A stretch of DNA of 55,907 nucleotides from an uncultured Dehalococcoidia bacterium. GTDB taxonomy: Bacteria; Chloroflexota; Dehalococcoidia; UBA2247; RBG-13-53-26. The position numbers were made by a program, and so were the translations under genes. Below the pieces are notes generated by a model. The model was not told where the DNA came from. It searched no databases and saw only the letters and a list, made by a program, of their open reading frames with translations. This document shows, one piece after another, positions 39,066 to 47,279 of this stretch (positions are counted from its first letter, which is position 1; each line of letters opens with the position of its first letter). Location of the stretch: positions 1 to 55,907 of the forward strand of contig CAYYWI010000006.1 of the NCBI GenBank assembly GCA_964475375.1. The letters run 5' to 3'.

Positions 39066-39826
39066 CCGTCAGAGGATTGTCCATCGCACTGTCGGGAAAA
39101 GGCGGGGTTGGCAAGACCTTCATCTCAAGCACGCTGATCAAGCGTCTGTCCGAGCATGGATCAGTGCTGGCCATCGATGCCGACCCGGACTCCAATCTGC
39201 CTCAGGCGTTGGGAGTGAAGGTGACCAAGAGCGTGGGCGAATCCCGCGAAGCTATCATCAACGCCCCGGCCCGCAGCGCCGTTGCCGCCTCCAAGCAGGA
39301 GCATTTGGAACTATCCATTCATGAGTCAATAGAGGAATTCCCCCAATTCGACATCATAGTCATGGGCCGCTCCGAAGGAGAAGGCTGTTACTGCTCAGTC
39401 AACCATGTCATAAGGCAGGTGATCGACACCAGGGCCAGAGGCTACGACTTCACGGTGATCGACTGCCATGCCGGTCTGGAGCACCTCAGCCGGCGGACCA
39501 CGCGCGATGTTGACATCATGCTGGTAGTGGTCGAGCCCACCAACAATGCGTTCCATACGGCCAGAAGAGTCATGGAGATATCCAAGGAACTGCTGATTCA
39601 GTTCGGCGCTATACTGGTGGTGGTCAACCGCGTTACGCCGGAGAACAGAGCCCGCGCTGAACAACTCGCCAGGGAGAATGGGGTGGAGATAGCCGTCTAC
39701 GTCCCGTTTGATCCGGTGGTAGCGGAATATGACGTGATGGGCAAACCGGTCAGCGATATTCCCAGGGATTCCCCCGCCGCCAAAGCCATTGACGAGATCT
39801 GCCAGAAGATTCTCAGCTATGCCTGA
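39062..39826 (+). CDS. cooC: CooC/AcsF-type Ni-insertion P-loop ATPase (CO dehydrogenase maturation factor)
   Basis: Deviant Walker A SGKGGVGKT, IDADPDSNL and the CxC metal motif (EGCYCSVN). Its start overlaps the previous stop (ATGA). Confidence 0.85.
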   Translation: MTVRGLSIALSGKGGVGKTFISSTLIKRLSEHGSVLAIDADPDSNLPQALGVKVTKSVGESREAIINAPARSAVAASKQEHLELSIHESIEEFPQFDIIVMGRSEGEGCYCSVNHVIRQVIDTRARGYDFTVIDCHAGLEHLSRRTTRDVDIMLVVVEPTNNAFHTARRVMEISKELLIQFGAILVVVNRVTPENRARAEQLARENGVEIAVYVPFDPVVAEYDVMGKPVSDIPRDSPAAKAIDEICQKILSYA

Positions 39827-42053
39827 TTCCGGACACAAGAAGTTGCTCAGACAAGAAATCATCAAGACACTCTTCAGACTTGGCCCGGGCGGGCTGAGCC
39901 GTTCAGTTTTTGGCGATCTCGAACTGCAGGACTCTGAGAAGCAGGATCTGCTGAGCAGCATCTGCAGCGGCCATCACCTGATGATCCTCGGCCCGCCCGG
40001 AAGCGGCAAAACCAGCGTGGCCGGCAACCTCTGGACTGTTCTCGGCGACATTGAAGTAGTCGAGGGCTGCCCCATGAACTGTGCGCCTGAGGACGCCTCG
40101 TGCCCGTGGTGCCTGGAGAGGAAAGCCAAAGGCGAAACCCTTCGCAGCACAACCCTCCCGGCAGAGAAGAGAATGACAAGAGTCCAGGGGAGCGGGGGAC
40201 TGATGGTCGAGGACCTCATCGGAGACCTCAACCCGGAGGTTGCCTTGAAGAAAGGCATTTACTCTCCCGAATCCTTCATGCCCGGCAAACTGCTGAGGGC
40301 CAACAGAGGAATACTGCTCATAGACTTCATCGACAGGGTGCCGGAGCGTGTGCTGAACGTGATCATGTATGCCGTGCAGGGCGGCAGCATCAGCATCGGC
40401 GTCCTGGAGCACAAGATTGAACTGGACACTCTGGTGGTAGCCACCGGCGGCGAAGACACGTTGAAGGGGCTGTCGCTGGATTTCCTGGACAACTTCGACG
40501 TCGTTCGCCTGGGACACGTGGAAGACCCGCAGAAGCAAAAGAGGATAGTGCGGAGCCGCATGGGCAAGGAAGCCGGGACGCTGAGTGACGATGTCCTGGA
40601 GCAGGCCATCCGGATTGTGAACGAGACCAGACACCATATGGAAGTTGAGCGAGGCGTGGGCACGCGCGGCATGATCAGGAACGCTGAGTACCTGGCCCGC
40701 CTGCCGGAGCTGGGCTACGACGGTGAAGACACGATGCTGGCCGTTGCCGCCAACGTATCGCTGCCACACCGCCTCAAGCTGTCCGCTGAGGTGGACCTGC
40801 CGGGCAAAAGAGAAGAGATTATCGATGAGATCGTGAGCAAGGTCACCGGCGAGGTGAAAACCCACAAAGAGGAACTGGCCGTTCTCACCAAAGAGGACGT
40901 GCTGGCCCTTGTAGAAGAGATCGCCAGAGAGGACAAGCTGCGGAAGCCTCTGAAGTACGGCGCGTTCGACCTGCTTCTCAGGAGGATCAAGAGGTTCCCC
41001 GATACCAGGCTGGCCAAGCTTTACCACGACATCGCTGCCCGCCTGCCGGAACTCTATCCGGAGAGGTACAAGGCCGACAACCTGGACGATGCGCTGCTGC
41101 TGGAGGTCGAGGAGTATCGGAAGGAGAAGGAGAGGATCGCACAATTTCTGGAGCAGCAGGCGCTGGCCAAGACGCTGGAGTTCCTGGAGAAGCAGGACAT
41201 CCTGGAACGCACCAGCAGCGGATGGATGCTGAGCCAGCGTGGCATCAACGTGCTGCTGGAGAAGCTGACACCGCGACTCGACGAGGGCGCTAATCTTTAC
41301 GGTTATGGCAAGCACGCTTCGGGCAAGAAGCTGAGCCTGGGAGAAGGCCGGATAGTCGGCACACGGCACTACAGGTTCGGGGACAAGTACCGCGACATCT
41401 CGTTCAGGGACACAGTGAGAGAAGCCATCCGCAACCGGAGGCAGCATATCACCAGAGAGGACATACTGGTCAACATCAAGGACATCCGCACCAGGATGGA
41501 TATTGTGCTGGTGATCGACGTGTCCGGCACCATGCTGCAGTTGGAGAAGTTCTGGTTCGCCAAGGAGAGCGCCATAGCCCTCACGCTGGCGGCAACCACG
41601 TACAAGGATAGGGTGGCCGTCATCTCATTCTCCAACCTGGCCGATGTGGTGGTCGATCTGACCGCCAGTCCTCATAAGGCAACGCGGAAGCTGATCGACC
41701 TCGAACTGCACGAGAACGCCTTCACCAATATCGGCTACGGCCTGTCAAAGGCCTGCGAGCTTCTGGAACATCATCCCAAGGGCAGGGCAAAGCAGCACGT
41801 TATTCTCATTTCCGACGGTGACGCCACAGCTCCCCATCCATCTCCGCAGAAGTACGCGCTGAGGCAGGCGGCCAACGTGGCGCGGCGAGGCATCACCATA
41901 TCCTGCATCTGCATCAACCAGCGCTCCGCCGACCCGGAGCTGATGAGAAGGATCGCCAAGACCGGCAAGGGAAGGATATATCTCATCGGGGCCGAGGAGT
42001 TGTCGTCAACCGTGCTGGAGGAAGCAGCGGCGGCGCGCGCTTCCGGTGGATGA
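39819..42053 (+). CDS. ChlD/BchD-like protein: AAA+ domain (4-Cys insert, degenerate Walker B) + helical linker + C-terminal vWA/MIDAS domain
   Basis: ILGPPGSGKTS, then CPMNCAPEDASCPWC insert, then LLIDFID in place of hhhDE. C-terminal IVLVIDVSGTM...ISDGDAT is a vWA pattern. ATG 39819 overlaps the cooC stop (ATGCCTGA); the track ORF starts at 39789. Confidence 0.8.
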   Translation: MPDSGHKKLLRQEIIKTLFRLGPGGLSRSVFGDLELQDSEKQDLLSSICSGHHLMILGPPGSGKTSVAGNLWTVLGDIEVVEGCPMNCAPEDASCPWCLERKAKGETLRSTTLPAEKRMTRVQGSGGLMVEDLIGDLNPEVALKKGIYSPESFMPGKLLRANRGILLIDFIDRVPERVLNVIMYAVQGGSISIGVLEHKIELDTLVVATGGEDTLKGLSLDFLDNFDVVRLGHVEDPQKQKRIVRSRMGKEAGTLSDDVLEQAIRIVNETRHHMEVERGVGTRGMIRNAEYLARLPELGYDGEDTMLAVAANVSLPHRLKLSAEVDLPGKREEIIDEIVSKVTGEVKTHKEELAVLTKEDVLALVEEIAREDKLRKPLKYGAFDLLLRRIKRFPDTRLAKLYHDIAARLPELYPERYKADNLDDALLLEVEEYRKEKERIAQFLEQQALAKTLEFLEKQDILERTSSGWMLSQRGINVLLEKLTPRLDEGANLYGYGKHASGKKLSLGEGRIVGTRHYRFGDKYRDISFRDTVREAIRNRRQHITREDILVNIKDIRTRMDIVLVIDVSGTMLQLEKFWFAKESAIALTLAATTYKDRVAVISFSNLADVVVDLTASPHKATRKLIDLELHENAFTNIGYGLSKACELLEHHPKGRAKQHVILISDGDATAPHPSPQKYALRQAANVARRGITISCICINQRSADPELMRRIAKTGKGRIYLIGAEELSSTVLEEAAAARASGG

Positions 42054-42163
42054 CAGGAGATTATGGTCGTGCCGAAAGTCCTCCCTGCGATCGCTCCTCA
42101 CGGGCAAGCTCCGCTTCGCCCGTGCCACCCGTCTAGGGTGTGCAGAGGAGAAAAGCCCCTTTG

Positions 42164-42234
42164 CCGAGGGTCTGGGGGTGTCCCTCAGTTTAATCCCCCT
42201 CAGTCCCCCTTTGCGAAAGGGGATTCAGGGGGTT
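42164..42234. repeat. hairpin repeat, family B copy 1
   Basis: ccgagggtctgggggtgtccctcagtttaatccccctcagtccccctttgcgaaaggggattcagggggtt. Core hairpin is tccccctttgcgaaagggga. Confidence 0.85.
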
Positions 42235-42307
42235 CAGAACGAGTTCTGAGACAAAGGCGTCAGGTCCAAGACCTGACAGCCACGAAAGAGGTGCAGGATG
42301 CTTCCTG

Positions 42308-42380
42308 CCGGGAGTCTGAGGGTGTCCCTCAGTTCAAATCCCCCTCAGTCCCCCTTTGCGAAATGGGGATTCAGGGGGTT
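42308..42380. repeat. hairpin repeat, family B copy 2
   Basis: ccgggagtctgagggtgtccctcagttcaaatccccctcagtccccctttgcgaaatggggattcagggggtt. A near-identical direct copy 144 nt after B1. Confidence 0.85.
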
Positions 42381-42395
42381 GAATAGACAAGTACA

Positions 42396-43622
42396 ATGAA
42401 CAAGACTCTAGTCTGCACCGGCTGTGGCTGCCTTTGCGACGACATTCAGGTCGAGATTGAAGACGGCCGCCTTGGAAAGACGGAAAACGCCTGCGCCAAA
42501 GGCGCAGCCTATATCCAGTCAGCCTTCAACACCGAGCGTCGCCCGAAGAGCAGCATCAAAGGCCGGAGCTGCACCACGGATGAGGCGATCGAGGAAGCCG
42601 TCCGGCTCCTTTCCAGAGCCAAAAAGCCTCTCATATTCGGCCTGGACAATTCGACCGTGGAGACTCAGGGCCTTGCAATTGAGCTGGCCCGGAGGCTTGA
42701 GGCGACTCTTGACGATTCTTCGTCGTTTTCCTACGGACCTCTCGTCGAAAAAATCCTCACTGGAGAGCTGCCCAACTGTTCATTGTCCCAGTTGAAAGAC
42801 AAGGCTGACCTGCTTCTGTACTGGGGAGCCAATCCCACCGCCACCCATCCCCGGCACCTCTCCAAGTACACCTACTACGCTTACACCGATTTCACCCCGG
42901 CGGGGTGGTTTCCCAAGGTTACGCTCACTTCTATCGATGTCCGTCAGACCGAGCTGACGGCAATGTCCAAGCCCTCCTTTAAGATTAAACCCGGCAGCGA
43001 TAGAGAACTGATCGCGGGCCTCTTGCACGAGTCACCGGAATCTATAGCGAAAGCGAAACTGCTGGCAGAACTGATCACGAAATCCAAGTTCTGCGCCATG
43101 TTCTGCGGGCTGGGTCTGGTTCATTCCCTGGATGGCGACTTCGGCAGCTTCACCAAAATGGTCGGCATGCTCAGTCAGTCGCTTCGCTTCGCCGTGATCC
43201 CGATGATATCCGAGACCAACATGCTCGGATTTAATCAACTGCTCCGAAAAGAGATTGGTTATGTCAACCAAGTCAGCTTCGCCAACGGCATTTCTCACGG
43301 GCGCGAGTTCTCCTTTGCGGAGCAGGTACAGAACCGCGCCTCGGACTGCATACTGATCGTCGGCTCTGACCCCTTCACCATGCTGCCCCAGTCGCTCATG
43401 GGCAATCTGCGAAACACCAACATCATCTGTCTGGATCACTCATCCACGCTGACCGCACAGGTGGCCGACGTCGTGATACCCACATCGGTGCCGGGCTTGG
43501 AGTCAAGCGGCAGCATGGTACGTTTTGATGGGGACAACATCACTCTGGCGGAACCGATCAGGAACGGATACCCGGCAGAGGCGGAAGTCCTCAGGCAACT
43601 TCTGGAGAAGGTGCGGCCATGA
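42396..43622 (+). CDS. fwdB: formylmethanofuran dehydrogenase subunit B-like molybdopterin/tungstopterin oxidoreductase
   Basis: N-terminal VCTGCGCLCDDI Fe-S motif and ~410-aa size, characteristic of FwdB/FmdB. LLLYWGANPTATHPRH region present. Confidence 0.75.
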   Translation: MNKTLVCTGCGCLCDDIQVEIEDGRLGKTENACAKGAAYIQSAFNTERRPKSSIKGRSCTTDEAIEEAVRLLSRAKKPLIFGLDNSTVETQGLAIELARRLEATLDDSSSFSYGPLVEKILTGELPNCSLSQLKDKADLLLYWGANPTATHPRHLSKYTYYAYTDFTPAGWFPKVTLTSIDVRQTELTAMSKPSFKIKPGSDRELIAGLLHESPESIAKAKLLAELITKSKFCAMFCGLGLVHSLDGDFGSFTKMVGMLSQSLRFAVIPMISETNMLGFNQLLRKEIGYVNQVSFANGISHGREFSFAEQVQNRASDCILIVGSDPFTMLPQSLMGNLRNTNIICLDHSSTLTAQVADVVIPTSVPGLESSGSMVRFDGDNITLAEPIRNGYPAEAEVLRQLLEKVRP

Positions 43623-44020
43623 CATCGCCACAGCAAGGCATCCGGCTCATCATCGTGGCTCACGATGATGCCCATCTGTCCATCGTGCAGCAGAAGGAAG
43701 GATGGGGAGATGCTTACCAGAAGAAAGCTGCCGTCCTGCGCCTTTCCCCGGCTGACATCAAGAAGCTGAGCCTGAAGGACAGCGCCAGGCTCGAGCTTGT
43801 CAGTCCCGCAGGATCGATAGTCATCAATGTGAAGATGGACAGCACATGCCAGGAAGGCACAGGCTGCATGGCTTTCAGCCTCTATACGAACCGCCTGGCC
43901 GGCTACGATCCAAAATCGTCGAGATTACCGGGCACCAGGCACATTCAAGCCCAGGCCGTACCTACCGACAAGAACATCACGCCACTATCAGATCTGTTTG
44001 TGAGAAGGGATCTTGCCTAA
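43619..44020 (+). CDS. fwdD: formylmethanofuran dehydrogenase subunit D-like (molybdopterin dinucleotide-binding beta-barrel)
   Basis: 133 aa with ATGA overlap to the fwdB-like gene. VLRLSPADIKKLSLKDSARLELVSPAGSIVINVKMD...EGTGCM pattern of the MopB C-terminal domain. Confidence 0.65.
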   Translation: MTSPQQGIRLIIVAHDDAHLSIVQQKEGWGDAYQKKAAVLRLSPADIKKLSLKDSARLELVSPAGSIVINVKMDSTCQEGTGCMAFSLYTNRLAGYDPKSSRLPGTRHIQAQAVPTDKNITPLSDLFVRRDLA

Positions 44021-44510
44021 AAAAGAGCTTCAGCCGCTGCAAATATACAGGTTGCTGCCGCGCACCAACTGCAAGAAATGCGGCTCGGCCACCTGTTACG
44101 CTTTCGCTTTTGACCTCATAAGCCGGGGTAAGAAGCCCGAGGGTTGCCCGCCGCTGCTGACAGAGGAATTCGGCGAGTCGTACCTGATGCTCAAGGAGAT
44201 GCTGGGCGAAGGCGAGCTCATCAAGGGAACCGAGCACGTCCTGGACAAGTCACGGTGCACCGGCTGCGGCGACTGCGTCACCGTATGCAACAGAGCACTG
44301 ACTACCATCACAAAGGGAGGCCGCTTCTCACAGCGAGCATCCGTGCCGCCGCCGCTGAAGATTGTGGACGGCAACCTTCAGGTCATACAGTGGTCGAGCT
44401 GCAAACGAGCCACTCCGGGTCTGGACATCTGCAACCTCTGCGCTGAGAAGTGCCCCTTCAGCGCGATAGACCTGGTCAAGCCTGAAGAAGAAGAGACGGA
44501 AGAAGACTAG
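44013..44510 (+). CDS. Fe-S protein: AcsC/RnfB-N-terminal-type [4Fe-4S] domain plus ferredoxin-like Cys motifs
   Basis: LLPRTNCKKCGSATCYAFA matches the Fe-S motif of the corrinoid Fe-S protein large subunit and RnfB N-termini. CTGCGDCVTVC and CNLCAEKCP motifs lie downstream. TTG start. Confidence 0.7.
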   Translation: MPKKELQPLQIYRLLPRTNCKKCGSATCYAFAFDLISRGKKPEGCPPLLTEEFGESYLMLKEMLGEGELIKGTEHVLDKSRCTGCGDCVTVCNRALTTITKGGRFSQRASVPPPLKIVDGNLQVIQWSSCKRATPGLDICNLCAEKCPFSAIDLVKPEEEETEED

Positions 44511-46990
44511 TCGCTCTTCTTCTGCTTCTTAACGCTGTTCGGCAACAACCTCTGCAGATGGCAATGGTACCGGCCGAGCTCCATGCCATAGCTGGTGTTG
44601 AACTCTGAGAGAGTCAACAGCTTGCCATCGCGGTTCCGGGCCTTGGTGACCTTCAGCATGTCGCCTTCCCAGCCATGCTCATCCCGCAGTATCTTGAGCA
44701 GCTTGATGCGGTGCCTGGTCGGTATGTCCAGGTGAGACCGGATCAACAGATGCCAGTCCTCAGGCAGCTCATTGTAGAAGATTCGGTAGAGCTCCAGGTA
44801 GAAGTCCATGCGCGCCGCCCGGCCTTCCCTCATCTCCGAGGTGCTGAAGAACATGCGCGGAATCATAGTGAGGGCCTCTTCCTTGGTCTCCACCGGAACC
44901 AGCAGATGCTCCGGAATAGGCTCGGTCTCTCTCTTCTTCCCATCGTCTCCGTGGTACACAAACCACTTGCTGCGGTCGTACCTGTCCCCAACCATGTATC
45001 GGCCCCAGGTCAGTCCGGAAGCAGGCCCCACCACCACCCTGATCCCCAGCCGGGCATACGCTGCAGCCACAGCATACATCCGGTCGGGCAAACCGCCCCA
45101 CAGCAGCAGTGAGAACGTGGTGTACAGCGATCCCTCACCGACCTCCGGTATTCCACCATACAGTGGGATACCGCCTGCCGCACGCGAGTACATGTACATG
45201 TTGTTGGCCAACGAGATAGCCGCGCAGCCGCCGCAGTTGATCAGCGATCGCGGCTCGATGGACGCCAGGTAAGGCTCGAAAACATACTTGCCCTTGCTGT
45301 CGATGTAGTGTCTGGCCAACTCAGACGCACCGCATCCCGCCGTGAAGACGATGCAGTTCCTTCTGGTCAGCTCATATGCCAGCCAGCCGATCTCTTCGCG
45401 AGGTGCATCGCCGCAGCCCGCTATGATCACGATACCCGGAGCATTGCCCCAGACCATGGAGAAGGCCGACTGCAGTATCTCGGTGAGCGGCAGCGGTCCT
45501 CTGCCCGGCCTCATAACGAACTTGTCCTTGGCCGCTTGCTTTCTCTCAGCAGCAACGATGATGTCGCGCACTTGTATCTTGGACGGGCAGGCAGCTTCAC
45601 ACTTGCCGCAGAAGAAGCAGCCCTTCTCAACCTCAAAGAACGTCTCCCACTTGCCGGCGCTGAGGGACTTCAACGCCTTGGAAACCGGCAGGTCGTTCGG
45701 ACAGGCCATAGAGCAGAGGTCGCAATTGGCCTGGCACTTCTTCGTCTCGGCCACGGCGGCATCGTCACTCATGACATGTGCGGTCCGCTTCACCGTCTGA
45801 GCCACTTTGACCGCCACCTCAGCGGCCTTCTCAGCATCTCTGATCCAGGCGGCCTTCCCGCCGCCAACCAAGTCACCAACTATCTTGTCAACCGCCACGT
45901 CCGTGCTGTCGGCAACGCCGGAAACGCCGTTCGATCCCACCCAGATAAACTTGCTGTCCACTCGGGCAGCCTCGGACGCCAGATCCAGCGGCATGCACGA
46001 AGCGCTGGCCACAACCACATCGAATACACCGTTCCTGATGGCCTTGCCCGCACGCACCATAGGCGCTATGATATGGCCCTTATCATAGAAACGGACAATG
46101 TCATCGCCGGCAGGCCCGATTCCGCAGATCTCCACCTTGTCCAGAGACCCGGCCTTCTTCAGCAAATCAACGGCGCACCACGCCGGCAGGAAATCATCGC
46201 CGGCAAAGGCGATAACCGGCTTGCCCGCCTGTATTGATGCAAAACCTCCGGTCACCTTGGCTGGAGGGAAATTCTCCAGTTCGTCGATCTTCTGCTTCGC
46301 CGCAGAGATGAAGCCGAAACAGGACACCTTGAGCATCTCAGCAACGCCCATAGCCAGCAAAAGGATCGAACCGGCGTGCATCGTCATGCTCTCAAAGCCG
46401 GCCGCATCGCCTGTCCCCGAGAAGCTGGCGGACACGAGCTTGCCCAGTTGCACCTCACCATAGGAGAGAGCCCGATTGAGCTGCTTGAGCGTCTTCACCG
46501 GTATGCCGCTCACCAGACCCACGGGAGGGCAGGAATCAGACATGGTCAGGAGATCGCCCATGCTGACCGGCGTGTCCTCGCTGTGCAGCTTCAACGCGTA
46601 GTTCATCAGGCTTCGCGTGGCGACCATCTGGCTTGCGCAGCCGCGGCAAGCCTTTCTCAGACTCAACCGGCCCTGATATGCGTCGAAGCTCAGTCCGCAA
46701 TTCCCATTGCCTTCTTTCAGGTTGCACGGCCCCAGGCCACAATCGGTGCAGACTCCTTGAGGGCTGGCGTACAGCGGCTCGTATCTCTCCAGCAGAGCGC
46801 GATCCCAGTCTTCCAGATCAGCCGACTCCGGCATTATGTTCAGAGAGGCACCGAATTGCGCGTAGCGGCTCTCAACAAAGTCCTTCTCCAGAATCTCCTT
46901 GACTATGTCCTCGATACCGCGTGGATCACGCACCACTTGTCTTATGTCAACCTTATGCGGTCCAACATGTGCAATCCACTTATCTTCCAC
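44507..46990 (-). CDS. cdhA: archaeal-type CO dehydrogenase/acetyl-CoA synthase alpha subunit (CdhA), copy 1
   Basis: 827 aa. N-terminal Cys cluster (CTDCGLGPC...CGLSF...CRGC) and an inserted 2x[4Fe-4S] ferredoxin module (CQANCDLCSMACP, CFFCGKCEAACP) typical of CdhA rather than CooS. GTG start with GAGGAG RBS. Confidence 0.85.
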   Translation of the reverse strand: MEDKWIAHVGPHKVDIRQVVRDPRGIEDIVKEILEKDFVESRYAQFGASLNIMPESADLEDWDRALLERYEPLYASPQGVCTDCGLGPCNLKEGNGNCGLSFDAYQGRLSLRKACRGCASQMVATRSLMNYALKLHSEDTPVSMGDLLTMSDSCPPVGLVSGIPVKTLKQLNRALSYGEVQLGKLVSASFSGTGDAAGFESMTMHAGSILLLAMGVAEMLKVSCFGFISAAKQKIDELENFPPAKVTGGFASIQAGKPVIAFAGDDFLPAWCAVDLLKKAGSLDKVEICGIGPAGDDIVRFYDKGHIIAPMVRAGKAIRNGVFDVVVASASCMPLDLASEAARVDSKFIWVGSNGVSGVADSTDVAVDKIVGDLVGGGKAAWIRDAEKAAEVAVKVAQTVKRTAHVMSDDAAVAETKKCQANCDLCSMACPNDLPVSKALKSLSAGKWETFFEVEKGCFFCGKCEAACPSKIQVRDIIVAAERKQAAKDKFVMRPGRGPLPLTEILQSAFSMVWGNAPGIVIIAGCGDAPREEIGWLAYELTRRNCIVFTAGCGASELARHYIDSKGKYVFEPYLASIEPRSLINCGGCAAISLANNMYMYSRAAGGIPLYGGIPEVGEGSLYTTFSLLLWGGLPDRMYAVAAAYARLGIRVVVGPASGLTWGRYMVGDRYDRSKWFVYHGDDGKKRETEPIPEHLLVPVETKEEALTMIPRMFFSTSEMREGRAARMDFYLELYRIFYNELPEDWHLLIRSHLDIPTRHRIKLLKILRDEHGWEGDMLKVTKARNRDGKLLTLSEFNTSYGMELGRYHCHLQRLLPNSVKKQKKSD

Positions 46991-47036
46991 TGTTCATCTC
47001 CTCAAACGATCAGATTGTGGCAAGGGCCTGTTCAGG

Positions 47037-47258
47037 CTATCCGAGAAACTCTTTTTCCTTGAAGCACTTCTCACAGACCTTGATCTTCTGTGAAGCCGAC
47101 TTCATGGGGCTGGTGATCCGGCCCATCATCCTCTGGCCGGGCCTGGTCGAGTCGATCCTCACCTCGCGAACGCACTCGTCACAAAGAGCAACACCGCACT
47201 CCTTGCATGTCTCCTGAGCTTCCTTTTTCTGACATACGCCGCACAGATTCTCTGACAT
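47037..47258 (-). CDS. 8-Cys zinc-ribbon/B-box-like small protein (73 aa), copy 1
   Basis: GGGGGA RBS. Four CxxC pairs: CGVC, CKEC, CDEC and CEKC. A paralogue occupies the same position in the second module. Confidence 0.6.
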   Translation of the reverse strand: MSENLCGVCQKKEAQETCKECGVALCDECVREVRIDSTRPGQRMMGRITSPMKSASQKIKVCEKCFKEKEFLG

Positions 47259-47279
47259 GTCTATCCCCCAATCTACCGC

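Noticed and set aside
39903-41447. 514-aa minus-strand ORF
   Set aside because: It lies entirely antisense to the ChlD-like AAA+-vWA gene, which has clear motifs. The sequence is Gln/Leu/Val/Ala-rich with no recognisable domain.
36677-42380. Possible CRISPR array formed by the repeats
   Set aside because: There are only 2-3 copies per family, the spacing is irregular (hundreds to thousands of bp with genes in between), the repeats are ~60-70 bp and strongly palindromic, and no cas genes are present.
42046-42386. 67-aa and 107-aa ORFs in the gap after the vWA gene
   Set aside because: They are translations of the family B hairpin repeats (…PPQSPFAKGDSGG…). They have no RBS, and repeat DNA explains the open frames. 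The same applies to ORFs 36826-37149 and 37708-37899 over family A repeats.
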